A model generated the notes under the pieces. The model searched no databases and was not told the origin of the DNA. It was given only the letters and a program-made list of their open reading frames with translations. Positions 8,867 through 17,356 of a stretch of DNA of 26,745 nucleotides are shown one piece after another. Every line of letters starts with the position of its first letter. The stretch's first letter is position 1. The stretch is from positions 1 to 26,745 of the IMG/VR virus record IMGVR_UViG_3300039208_000176; one strand, given 5' to 3'. Source of the DNA: a virus (Duplodnaviria > Caudoviricetes). The position numbers were made by a program, and so were the translations under genes.

Positions 8867-9352
8867 ATGATGACTTTCGATATCAATAACCACCTATCTG
8901 CCAACCGAGAATGGTTCTTTCGCTGCTTCGATACTCCAGCCTTCGCACAGTGGGCGTACAAGTCTCGAGATCACCTGCTGAAGGATATGGAGCACCCGAA
9001 GTACTTTGCGGCATTTCACCAGCGGCTAGAGTCGGGCGATCACATCGTGTGCATCGACGGTGCCATGGAAATGCGAACCTATGTGGTCGACTACATCGAT
9101 AAAGAAGCAGGCGTCGTGCAGATGTCGGTTCTCCATCACATGGAGCTTCGACCGATCATGCAGGAAGGCGCCGAGCTGCAATGGAAGTGGCGTGGCCCGC
9201 GTGGCGGCGGACACTGCATTGTCGACCAGAACAACAAGGTCATAGAGCGCGACTTCAACTCTCGCCAATCGGCCATCCAAGAGATCGAGCGGCGCAAGAT
9301 GCGCGAACAGGTCGCGGCCGAGCAAGGCGAAGATACGCCAGAAGCGGCCTAA
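8867..9352 (+). CDS. Hypothetical protein with N-terminal domain resembling the decoration protein (start 8867 or 8870, not 8687)
   Basis: AAAGGGT SD before ATGATG at 8867; the track's longer start would overlap the previous gene and the hairpin. Confidence 0.7.
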   Translation: MMTFDINNHLSANREWFFRCFDTPAFAQWAYKSRDHLLKDMEHPKYFAAFHQRLESGDHIVCIDGAMEMRTYVVDYIDKEAGVVQMSVLHHMELRPIMQEGAELQWKWRGPRGGGHCIVDQNNKVIERDFNSRQSAIQEIERRKMREQVAAEQGEDTPEAA

Positions 9353-9368
9353 CAAAAGGCGAATTCCC

Positions 9369-9998
9369 ATGACGTCGATGACCAGAACAACGATCGCGAA
9401 CCTGGCGCTCCGAGAGATCGGAGCGACCCGGATTGACGACTTCGACGAGGACAGCGCAACCGGAGATATTGTTAGGGATGTCTGGGAGCAAGGAGTCCGA
9501 AAAGCTCTGGCTCGTGCAGAGTGGGAATTCGCTAAGAAGGTCACAGAGCGCGCGCGAACCGACGCCGCAGCAGACCAAGGATACGCCTATTCGTACGGGC
9601 TCCCTGATGATTTCATTCGACTTGTCTCGTGCTATGATTCAGACCGTATCGAAAATCCGATGTGGGACAAGGATTTTGAACGTCGGGGCAACGCTATATT
9701 TACCGATGAAGAAAAGCTCTTCATTAAGTACATTTATTATTATGATACCGTTGGAGGATGGTCGCCCTGGTTTATCGACGTCTTGGTTGCGGATCTTGCA
9801 TCAGTCATGTGCTCCCCACTGAAGTCGGCCGGCGAACGGGATCGACTTGAGGGGCTGGCAACGCAACGCTTGCGAGATGGCAAGAGCGCGGACGGTGCAC
9901 AAAAGCCTACCGTGATGCTGCCTTCGTCGAGATGGATCGGGGCAATGAAGGGTGCGCGATCCTATGATCGGCGCTATGGGGGTGGCTGGCCGTGGTAG
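9369..9998 (+). CDS. Tail tubular protein A / adaptor (T7 gp11-like)
   Basis: IANLALREIG, WEFAKK, YAYSYGLPDDFIRL, LFIKYI, WSPWFIDVL motifs. Confidence 0.85.
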   Translation: MTSMTRTTIANLALREIGATRIDDFDEDSATGDIVRDVWEQGVRKALARAEWEFAKKVTERARTDAAADQGYAYSYGLPDDFIRLVSCYDSDRIENPMWDKDFERRGNAIFTDEEKLFIKYIYYYDTVGGWSPWFIDVLVADLASVMCSPLKSAGERDRLEGLATQRLRDGKSADGAQKPTVMLPSSRWIGAMKGARSYDRRYGGGWPW

Positions 9999-12868
9999 CA
10001 GTCAACCCTCCAGTCATCAATTTCACCGGGGGTATCCTTGGTGACCGACTTCACAACCGTATCGACGTGCCAACGTACGCGAACGGTGCCGAAGTCATGG
10101 AGAATTTCCGCCCGAACATCCAAGGTGTGATGTCGCGGCGCCCAGCTCTCTACTATCTTGATACGCTGGCAGACGAGGATTTAAACGGTCAGCTGTGGCC
10201 GTTCTATTTCGCAATCGGTGACACATACCTGATCGACGTGAATTCCGAGGGCGCGACGTTCTACGCGAATAGCGGTAAGATCACCATCGACGAAATCACG
10301 TCATCAATTGGTTCGAGCTGGACGGACGAGTCAGAAGGTGGCGCCTTGGCGTCAATCATCGACGATCAGATTGTGCTCGAGTCCGGTGGCGGCGATAACG
10401 CCATCATTCAGCAGTCGATTACGATCAACGAGACGGATACGCCTCACACGCTCGCATTCCAGATCGCTCACGGCCCGGTCAGCGTCCGGATAGGCACAAC
10501 CTCAGGCGATGACGATGTGCTCCTGTTCGAGGAGCTGGATAGCGGGACGCACTATCTCACCTTCACTCCGACAACCAGCACTGTATTTCTTCAGTTTTAC
10601 CACGATGACAATGCGGATCGCTTCATTCAAGACACGGTGGCGTTTCTCAGTGGTCCGGAATTCCTGCTGCCAACCCCGTGGCTCGAAGAAGATCTCGACA
10701 CGGTACAGCTTGAGCAGATCAAGGATGTGCTCTACCTGACAGCCGAAGACTACATCACGCGGCGGATCATACGGCGAGCCGACAAGTCGTGGTCGATAAC
10801 ACTGTTCGAGCCGACGGACGGGCCGTTCAACGACACCAACACTGGCACGATCACCATTGCGGCGGACGATACAACTGGTGAAGTACAACTGACAGCGTCG
10901 AGAGACCTCTTCTCGGCGACGGATGTCGGAATTCTCTACAGGATGACCGGCAACGGTCAGAATCAGTCGGCGCAAGCCTCATCTGAGGACGTCTTCACGG
11001 GCGGCATCGAAGTCACTGGTGAGGGCGAGGACACCCGAACATTCAATATCAACATCACCGGAACATTCGTGGCTACGGTGACGCTGCAGCGCTCGAGCGG
11101 CAACGAGGAGTCGTACACGGACTGGCAGACATACACCACGGCGCAGAGTGTCGACATCTACGACGCAAACGACAATGAGACATGGTTCTATCGGCTGGCA
11201 GTGAAGGCCGGCGACTATGTGTCTGGCACTGTGTCCATGGAAATCTCGAACGACACTGGCGCAACTACTGGTATTGTGCGGGTTATACAGTACACCAATG
11301 CGACGACGGTTATTGCTGAAGTCGTCAAGACGCTGGCCAACACAGACGCAACGTCAAACTGGGCCAAAGGTGCGTGGAACTTTGACGACGGATACCCGGC
11401 TTCACTGGCACTCGCCTACGGTCGGCTGTGGTTCGGTCGCGGAAACACCATATGGGGCTCGAAGCCTGACGACTTCACAAGCCTTGATGCCGGTGAGGGC
11501 GATAGAACCGACGACTCGATCGCGGCAGAGATAGGCTCGCCATCCGACGACGCAATTCGGTGGTTGGGTTTTGCAAATCACCTCGTGATTGGCACAGCAT
11601 CCGAAGAGAAGCTGGGGCTCGGCAATACCGACAGCGATCCGATTGGGCCGGAGAACTTCCAAATACTGCCTGGCACTGAGGAAGGCAGCGCTCTTGTGCA
11701 AGTCGTGCAAGCCAGTTCAAGCATACTCTACGTGCATCGATCTCGAACTAAGCTGATGCAGTTCACGCAAGATCCGAATGCGCTGTCCGAAGCGGCTTAT
11801 ATCTCGATCGACTTGACGGCAAGGGCCGTGGAACTGCTCGAAGGCGAGCGGATCGTCGATATGGCCGTTCTGCGCGAGCCGGAGCGGCGAATATTTGTGT
11901 CGACCGAGTCAGGTAAGATGTTCGAACTTCTCTTCAGGCGGGAAGGTGAGCTTGATATCGTCGCATGGTCCAGGGTCAGGACATCAGGACGCATTGAGAA
12001 GATGACGGTGCTTCCGCGCAACGACCGCGACGTGATCTACTGTCGTACTCGCCGCCGCGGGAGTGACAGCGAGTGGCAGCGGTTTATCGAGGAAATGGGA
12101 ACCGAACGTCCGATCGCGCCAGATGATTACGCTCATCTCGACAACGCCATATCCTACAACCTCGAAAAGCCGAACACTACCGCCGAAGTAAGCGGCAAGA
12201 CGGGATCAATAACGGTCACGACGGACGCCGATGTCTTCGACGGATCTGATGTCAACGCTGTTATATGGATCAATGGTGGTCGCGGCACAATCACAGCAGT
12301 TGCCGGCGCGCGAAGCTGTACGGTCAATCTGACGACTGGACTCGTCACCGATGACATAGCCGCTTCCGGAACCTGGGGGTTCAACCCGACCGCAAATATC
12401 ATATCCGGCCTTTCGCATCTCGACGGGCTGACGGTCAGCGTGTTCGGCGATGGGCTGAACCTGGGAGAATATACCGTCGCGGACGGCGAAATCACGCTCA
12501 GTCAAAGCGTGTCTTGGTGCGTTGTTGGACTGCCCTATTCGTCGAAGTGGAAGTCCTTGAAGCTTGCCTATGGATCGCAGAAAGGCACAGCTCTAACGAT
12601 GCCCAAGGCCATCAAAAAGCTGGTGCTGCTGCTGTTCCGGTCGCATCCGCTCAAGTACGGCCCGACGTTCGAAAAGATGTGGCCCGTGAAACTGAGAACA
12701 CCGTCAACCAACTGGGGCGAGCCTATCCCATACCTGACAGGCGAGACCGAGGAGCTAGACTTCGATGGCGGGTTTGATACTGACGCGCGACTATGCCTCG
12801 AGATCGACGGCGCGGGGCCATGCACGATTGCTGGAATCGTTCCCCGAATGGATACCCGCGACAGATGA
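9992..12868 (+). CDS. Tail tubular protein B / nozzle (T7 gp12-like) with inserted beta domains
   Basis: NFTGG.L...L..R.D...Y, GYP.....YGRLWFG, IWGS...DF, LVIGT, AWSR, GLSHLDG.TV, VGLPY; 958 aa. Confidence 0.88.
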   Translation: MVAVNPPVINFTGGILGDRLHNRIDVPTYANGAEVMENFRPNIQGVMSRRPALYYLDTLADEDLNGQLWPFYFAIGDTYLIDVNSEGATFYANSGKITIDEITSSIGSSWTDESEGGALASIIDDQIVLESGGGDNAIIQQSITINETDTPHTLAFQIAHGPVSVRIGTTSGDDDVLLFEELDSGTHYLTFTPTTSTVFLQFYHDDNADRFIQDTVAFLSGPEFLLPTPWLEEDLDTVQLEQIKDVLYLTAEDYITRRIIRRADKSWSITLFEPTDGPFNDTNTGTITIAADDTTGEVQLTASRDLFSATDVGILYRMTGNGQNQSAQASSEDVFTGGIEVTGEGEDTRTFNINITGTFVATVTLQRSSGNEESYTDWQTYTTAQSVDIYDANDNETWFYRLAVKAGDYVSGTVSMEISNDTGATTGIVRVIQYTNATTVIAEVVKTLANTDATSNWAKGAWNFDDGYPASLALAYGRLWFGRGNTIWGSKPDDFTSLDAGEGDRTDDSIAAEIGSPSDDAIRWLGFANHLVIGTASEEKLGLGNTDSDPIGPENFQILPGTEEGSALVQVVQASSSILYVHRSRTKLMQFTQDPNALSEAAYISIDLTARAVELLEGERIVDMAVLREPERRIFVSTESGKMFELLFRREGELDIVAWSRVRTSGRIEKMTVLPRNDRDVIYCRTRRRGSDSEWQRFIEEMGTERPIAPDDYAHLDNAISYNLEKPNTTAEVSGKTGSITVTTDADVFDGSDVNAVIWINGGRGTITAVAGARSCTVNLTTGLVTDDIAASGTWGFNPTANIISGLSHLDGLTVSVFGDGLNLGEYTVADGEITLSQSVSWCVVGLPYSSKWKSLKLAYGSQKGTALTMPKAIKKLVLLLFRSHPLKYGPTFEKMWPVKLRTPSTNWGEPIPYLTGETEELDFDGGFDTDARLCLEIDGAGPCTIAGIVPRMDTRDR

Positions 12869-13328
12869 CCATGATCTACCATCAGGCGGATCTTTCCGAG
12901 AACGAGGCTACCAGTTCATCCCTATACGCCCGGCCCACATGCGATATATCGCGGCGGTCATGGGCCGGGAAGGAAGCGAGCCAGAATTCGATCAAGTTGC
13001 AGGTAACTGCATGGTCAACGCAGATTACGTGCCATTGGGGTTCTGTCTTGCCTACTTCGAAGACGACGAAACCGTATCCATTCACGGTTACTTTGGCGAT
13101 TGGCTGAAGATCTTCCCGAAAGACATTTTGCGCAGCATGAAGGATTTCACGGACAGGTTGCGCGAGCACGCTGGTGTAACGGAGTGCTACGCAATTGCCG
13201 ACGAGTCAGTGGAAGGGTCAGTGAAGCTCATCGAATGGGTGGGCGGTGAGTACACAGGTAAGGATGCTACGGACGGTCCAGTTCGCGGTCCGATTTATAT
13301 CTGCGATCTCAGCAAGACAAGGATCTGA
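12765..13328 (+). CDS. GNAT-fold protein (T7 gp13-like position); start uncertain
   Basis: IPIRPAH...LGFCLAY...CYAIADESVEGSVKLIEWVGG resembles a GNAT; ATG 12765 has a GAGGAG SD but overlaps tubular B by 104 nt; TTG 12828 is an alternative. Confidence 0.6.
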   Translation: MAGLILTRDYASRSTARGHARLLESFPEWIPATDDHDLPSGGSFRERGYQFIPIRPAHMRYIAAVMGREGSEPEFDQVAGNCMVNADYVPLGFCLAYFEDDETVSIHGYFGDWLKIFPKDILRSMKDFTDRLREHAGVTECYAIADESVEGSVKLIEWVGGEYTGKDATDGPVRGPIYICDLSKTRI

Positions 13329-13332
13329 CCGG

Positions 13333-13620
13333 ATGAAGTGCATACTGCTTTCAGCGGCCATCAGCGACCCGGTTCGAAGTCGTGATGGTGTCATGTACTA
13401 CATGACTGCAAGCGGAATTATCGCAATGCGCGCAGTTCTCGAAGTAAGCCTAGAAGGTGACTGGGTTCCGGCAGACGAGTTCACTGCCCCAATGGATAAA
13501 GCGCTGGTGTACAACCTGCCAAGAATTCGAGACGAAACCGAAGACTCGTTCTGGTTTCGGTGGAACGTGACAACTCTGACGGGCGGTGGCGCCAGTGTCA
13601 CTTGCTATCTTGTAGGGTGA
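13333..13620 (+). CDS. Small beta-sandwich protein, 95 aa (start ATG 13333)
   Basis: ATG 4 nt after the previous stop; resembles the domain inserted in tubular B at 11042-11248. Confidence 0.65.
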   Translation: MKCILLSAAISDPVRSRDGVMYYMTASGIIAMRAVLEVSLEGDWVPADEFTAPMDKALVYNLPRIRDETEDSFWFRWNVTTLTGGGASVTCYLVG

Positions 13621-13626
13621 TCCTGA

Positions 13627-14100
13627 ATGGCATTCGCAGCAGCATTAGCGCCAATCATCAGCGGTGTCGCAAGCATTGCGGCTGCCGGCGTTCAGGCGTC
13701 CGCGCTCAACCAAGCCGCGGACGATGAAGAGCGCATTGCACAATTCAATGCCGATCGAGAAAAGGAACAGGCGGCATACGCTCAGTCTGCCGGTGCGCTC
13801 GAATCCAGGAAGCGAAAAGAAGAAGCAGAGAAGGCCGCGGCGCGCGCGAGGGCCGCTCGAGCGCAAGGTGGCGTTGCTACGGATACAGGATCAGCGCTAC
13901 TGCTTGAGCAAGACTTTGCATCTGAGAGCAGTTTCAATCAGCGCGTTGCGATGTACAACGCCGAAAGGCAAAAGTCAGAGCATCTGAACGAAGCGAAAAT
14001 CGGCCTGTTCGAAGGCCAGGTTCGAGCCAACGCGAAACGTAGCCAGGCGGGCGCGGCGATGCTTTCAGGCTTCGCCGGAGCGGTTAAAGGCTTCGGCTGA
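13627..14100 (+). CDS. Internal virion / ejection protein (T7 gp14-like)
   Basis: Hydrophobic Ala/Gly N-terminus, ARAQGGVATDTGSALL motif, Gly/Ala C-terminus; canonical position. Confidence 0.8.
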   Translation: MAFAAALAPIISGVASIAAAGVQASALNQAADDEERIAQFNADREKEQAAYAQSAGALESRKRKEEAEKAAARARAARAQGGVATDTGSALLLEQDFASESSFNQRVAMYNAERQKSEHLNEAKIGLFEGQVRANAKRSQAGAAMLSGFAGAVKGFG

Positions 14101-14801
14101 TGCCGCTATCTCTAACCGATCATGGCGATGCTACGTCGACAGCAGTCGATTCTGTCGCCAGTAGCTCCTTTACGCCAAGCGACGATTCGCTAGTCGTCGC
14201 GATCGCTCACGTCTACAGCAACGGTGCAGTCACACCAGCCATATCAGGCGGTGGCTTAACCTGGACTGAACGGGCGCAAGCTCGCGTGGTCGATGGTGGG
14301 TTCATGACGGATGTGCGGATCTGGACCGCTCCCGTCACGACTGGTGCGTCCATGACCGTAACTGTCAGCTGGACAGGCGGTTCAGGTGAAGGTGCGCTGC
14401 TGTCGGTTGTCGACTTCACCGGCTATGACGAATCCGATCCCGTCGGCGGTGTCATGGAGTACACCGACACAGGTGGGCGAACCGGAGCTTTCTCAGAAGA
14501 TCTTGACTCCGCGCCTGCATCCGGATCGTACGTGATCGGCGGTGGTGTTGCTGAAGGATCGGCAGACAATATCGACCCTGGAACCGGCTGGACTGCAATC
14601 TACAATGTCGACTCCGGTGATCTTAGTAACGTGAACCAGTATCGTACCGGCTCCACGGATGCAGCGTTCGAGTTCGATGATCTCGACGCGTCGTTCAATA
14701 CCTCAGTGGCGGCGATCGAAATCCAAGAAGATACGGGCGGCGGCGGTGGCGCAACCATTCCGCCAATTGCAGATTACTACAACAGACTGAGAGCAGCATA
14801 A
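14100..14801 (+). CDS. Acidic beta-rich virion-surface-like protein, 233 aa
   Basis: SFTP..DSLVVA, GGGLTW, IWTAP; Gly linker then PPIADYYNRLRAA; contains no Lys; TGATG and TAATG coupling. Confidence 0.7.
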   Translation: MPLSLTDHGDATSTAVDSVASSSFTPSDDSLVVAIAHVYSNGAVTPAISGGGLTWTERAQARVVDGGFMTDVRIWTAPVTTGASMTVTVSWTGGSGEGALLSVVDFTGYDESDPVGGVMEYTDTGGRTGAFSEDLDSAPASGSYVIGGGVAEGSADNIDPGTGWTAIYNVDSGDLSNVNQYRTGSTDAAFEFDDLDASFNTSVAAIEIQEDTGGGGGATIPPIADYYNRLRAA

Positions 14802-17356
14802 TGGCCACTGTCATCAGACAATCATCGTCGATCACTGTAGTCATCGGGCCGTTCGTTGATTCGACTGACGGCGTGACGGCGGAAACCGCCCTGACCATCA
14901 GTCAGGCGGATATCCGGCTGTCGAAGAACGGCGGAACCTTCGCACAGAAGAACGGCGCGGCTGCAGCTACGCACATGGAGAATGGGTTTTATTCGTTCAC
15001 GCTTGATGCGACGGATACCAACACGGTTGGTCGTCTCATGGTGGCTGTCAGCGAGAGTGGTGCTCTACCGTTCTGGAAGGAATTCCAGATCGTCGAAGAA
15101 GCAAACTACGATGTTCTGTGGGGTGCTGATACGCTGACAGCCGAGATCGCAGATGCGGTATGGGACGAGGCGCAAGCCGATCACGTTGCCGCTGGTAGCT
15201 TCGGCGTCATGGCGTCAGAAGTTGCCGACATTCTTGTAGACACTGCGGAAATCGGTGCTGATGGTGCAGGGCTTTCCGCAATTCCGTGGAACGCGGCATG
15301 GGATGCCGAAGTTCAATCCGAGGTCAATGATGCGCTCGTCGCTCTTGGTCTGGATCACTTGCTATCTGCCTCGGTTGCTGGTGCTGACGTGGCGGACAAC
15401 TCAGTCTTCGCAAGACTGGTGTCGGCTTCTGCCACTGCCGATTGGGATGATTACGTTCAAACGACCGACAGTCTCCAAGCAATCAGAGATCGCGGGGACG
15501 CGGCCTGGACGACCGGAGCCGCGGCGCCGTCAGCTGCCGCTATAGCTGATGCCGTCTGGGACGAAGCACAGGGCGATCATACAACGGCCGGAAGCTTCGG
15601 ACTGATCGCCTCAGAGATCGCGGATATTCTTGTAGACACCGGAACCACGCTGCCGGCGACGCTGGCGACCATTGACGGCAACGTGGATGCAATCTTGCTC
15701 GATACGGCTGAAATCGGCGCTGCAGGGGCGGGATTGACGGCTGTGCCCTATAACAGCGCGTGGGACGCGGAAATCCAGTCAGAGGTCAACGACGCCCTGG
15801 TGGCGCTCGGTCTCGACCACCTCGTCTCGGCATCTGTTGTCGGCGCCGATGTGGCGGACAACTCCATATTCGCTCGACTCGTATCAGCATCGGCAACGGC
15901 AGACTGGGATGATTATGTCCAAACCACGGACAGCTTGCAGGCCATACGAGACCGCGGGGACGCTGCTTGGACCACTGGCGCGGGTGGGACACCTCCTCAG
16001 CTGTTGCAGAGCACTACGATCGCAACGCTGGTATCTCAGACTGTGTTCACGCTTACTGCTGGTAGCGCGGACGATGATGCCTACAACGGCGCTATTGTTG
16101 TGGTCACTGACCAGACAACATCGACACAGAAGGCCGTCGGAACCGTAAGCGACTATGTCGGCACAACCCGTACAGTTACTCTTGATGCCGATCCTGGCAT
16201 ATTCACAATGGCGGTTGGCGATACGATCGAGATTATCGCAGCCCTTGGCTCGTCAAGCGGTGGCAGCGGTCCGAGTGCATCCGCGATTGCCGATGCCGTG
16301 TGGGACGAGGCAGTCTCTGGCCATGCGGTGGCTGGTAGCTTCGGGGAATTGGTATCTGACATTGACACGACCGCAGATGCGATCTTGATCGACACGGCCG
16401 AGATTGGAGCGGCTGGTGCAGGGCTGACCGAAGCGGGCGGCACTGGCGATCATCTTACAGCGCAGCCATGGAACAGCGCATGGGATGCCGAAGTTCAGTC
16501 GGAAGTGGAAGACGGTTTGACGGCATTCGGTGCCGCGACAGCTTCCGCGCTGGCAACAGTAGATGCGAACGTGGACGCTATTTTGGTGGACACTGGCACA
16601 ACCTTGCCCGCGACGCTCACTACGATCGAAGGCAAGATTGACACCATCGACGGTATTGTGGACGCCATATTGGTCGATACGGATTCCACACTGCCAGGTC
16701 TGATTGCAACGGTTGATGGTAATGTCGATGCCATTCTTGTCGATACCGACACGACGATCCCTGCATTGATTGCAGCGCTCAATGACCCAACCGCCGCAGC
16801 AATTGCGGATGCTGTCTGGGATGAGACCATGGCCGATCATCTCACGGCCGGTTCAACGGGCGCCACACTCAACTCCGCGACGACAGGTGGCGTTGATATT
16901 GCCGCTCTCGTCGATGCGGTGTGGGATGAGGCGACGGCAGATCACCAGACAGCAGGATCAACCGGCGCAGCGGTTAGCTCGGGCGGTAGCGGTAGCAGTG
17001 GGGTTAGCAGTCGCGGCGGCGGGTATCACGTCTTGATGTCGAAGATGGAAGACATCGAGAAGCTGATTTCTGGCCGCGATCAGGGAAGCGTCGAAGATTG
17101 GCTGATGAAAGTGCAAGAGCGCACACAGGAAGCGCTCGGGCCGCGTAAGCCTGCGGTGATCACTGAGACCATCAGAACGCAAAAGACGCCTGAACCTATC
17201 GTCCGGAGCGTGGTTGAAACAGTGGCAAAACCGGCACTACCGCCGCCGCCAAATCCGAAACCGGCACCTGAGCCGGTCAAGAAGGCGGACGATTCAGGTA
17301 TGTCTCGAGCCGAACGCTTCGCTCTCAATCTGATGAAAACTCGGAAGGCTGGCTGA
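14801..17356 (+). CDS. Repeat-rich fibre-like protein, 851 aa (DAVWDE repeats)
   Basis: Globular N-terminal domain (GPFVDSTDG...IRLSKNGG), 5x DAVWDExxxxH..AGS[FT]G, multiple D[AI]ILVDT-type units, basic Pro-rich C-terminal tail. Confidence 0.75.
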   Translation: MATVIRQSSSITVVIGPFVDSTDGVTAETALTISQADIRLSKNGGTFAQKNGAAAATHMENGFYSFTLDATDTNTVGRLMVAVSESGALPFWKEFQIVEEANYDVLWGADTLTAEIADAVWDEAQADHVAAGSFGVMASEVADILVDTAEIGADGAGLSAIPWNAAWDAEVQSEVNDALVALGLDHLLSASVAGADVADNSVFARLVSASATADWDDYVQTTDSLQAIRDRGDAAWTTGAAAPSAAAIADAVWDEAQGDHTTAGSFGLIASEIADILVDTGTTLPATLATIDGNVDAILLDTAEIGAAGAGLTAVPYNSAWDAEIQSEVNDALVALGLDHLVSASVVGADVADNSIFARLVSASATADWDDYVQTTDSLQAIRDRGDAAWTTGAGGTPPQLLQSTTIATLVSQTVFTLTAGSADDDAYNGAIVVVTDQTTSTQKAVGTVSDYVGTTRTVTLDADPGIFTMAVGDTIEIIAALGSSSGGSGPSASAIADAVWDEAVSGHAVAGSFGELVSDIDTTADAILIDTAEIGAAGAGLTEAGGTGDHLTAQPWNSAWDAEVQSEVEDGLTAFGAATASALATVDANVDAILVDTGTTLPATLTTIEGKIDTIDGIVDAILVDTDSTLPGLIATVDGNVDAILVDTDTTIPALIAALNDPTAAAIADAVWDETMADHLTAGSTGATLNSATTGGVDIAALVDAVWDEATADHQTAGSTGAAVSSGGSGSSGVSSRGGGYHVLMSKMEDIEKLISGRDQGSVEDWLMKVQERTQEALGPRKPAVITETIRTQKTPEPIVRSVVETVAKPALPPPPNPKPAPEPVKKADDSGMSRAERFALNLMKTRKAG
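15248..15982 (+). repeat. Intragenic duplication, 15248-15520 vs 15710-15982 (offset 462 nt)
   Basis: The 91-aa segments EIGA...WTTGA are nearly identical at protein level. Confidence 0.9.

Noticed and set aside
12793-13107. ORF in the frame containing the coupled ATG 12865
   Set aside because: Ser/Thr-rich and not protein-like; fully overlaps the more plausible GNAT-like frame.
15248-15982. Duplication as a diversity-generating retroelement TR/VR pair (BPP-1-like context)
   Set aside because: Differences are synonymous and not adenine-specific, both copies are coding, and no reverse transcriptase is in the window.
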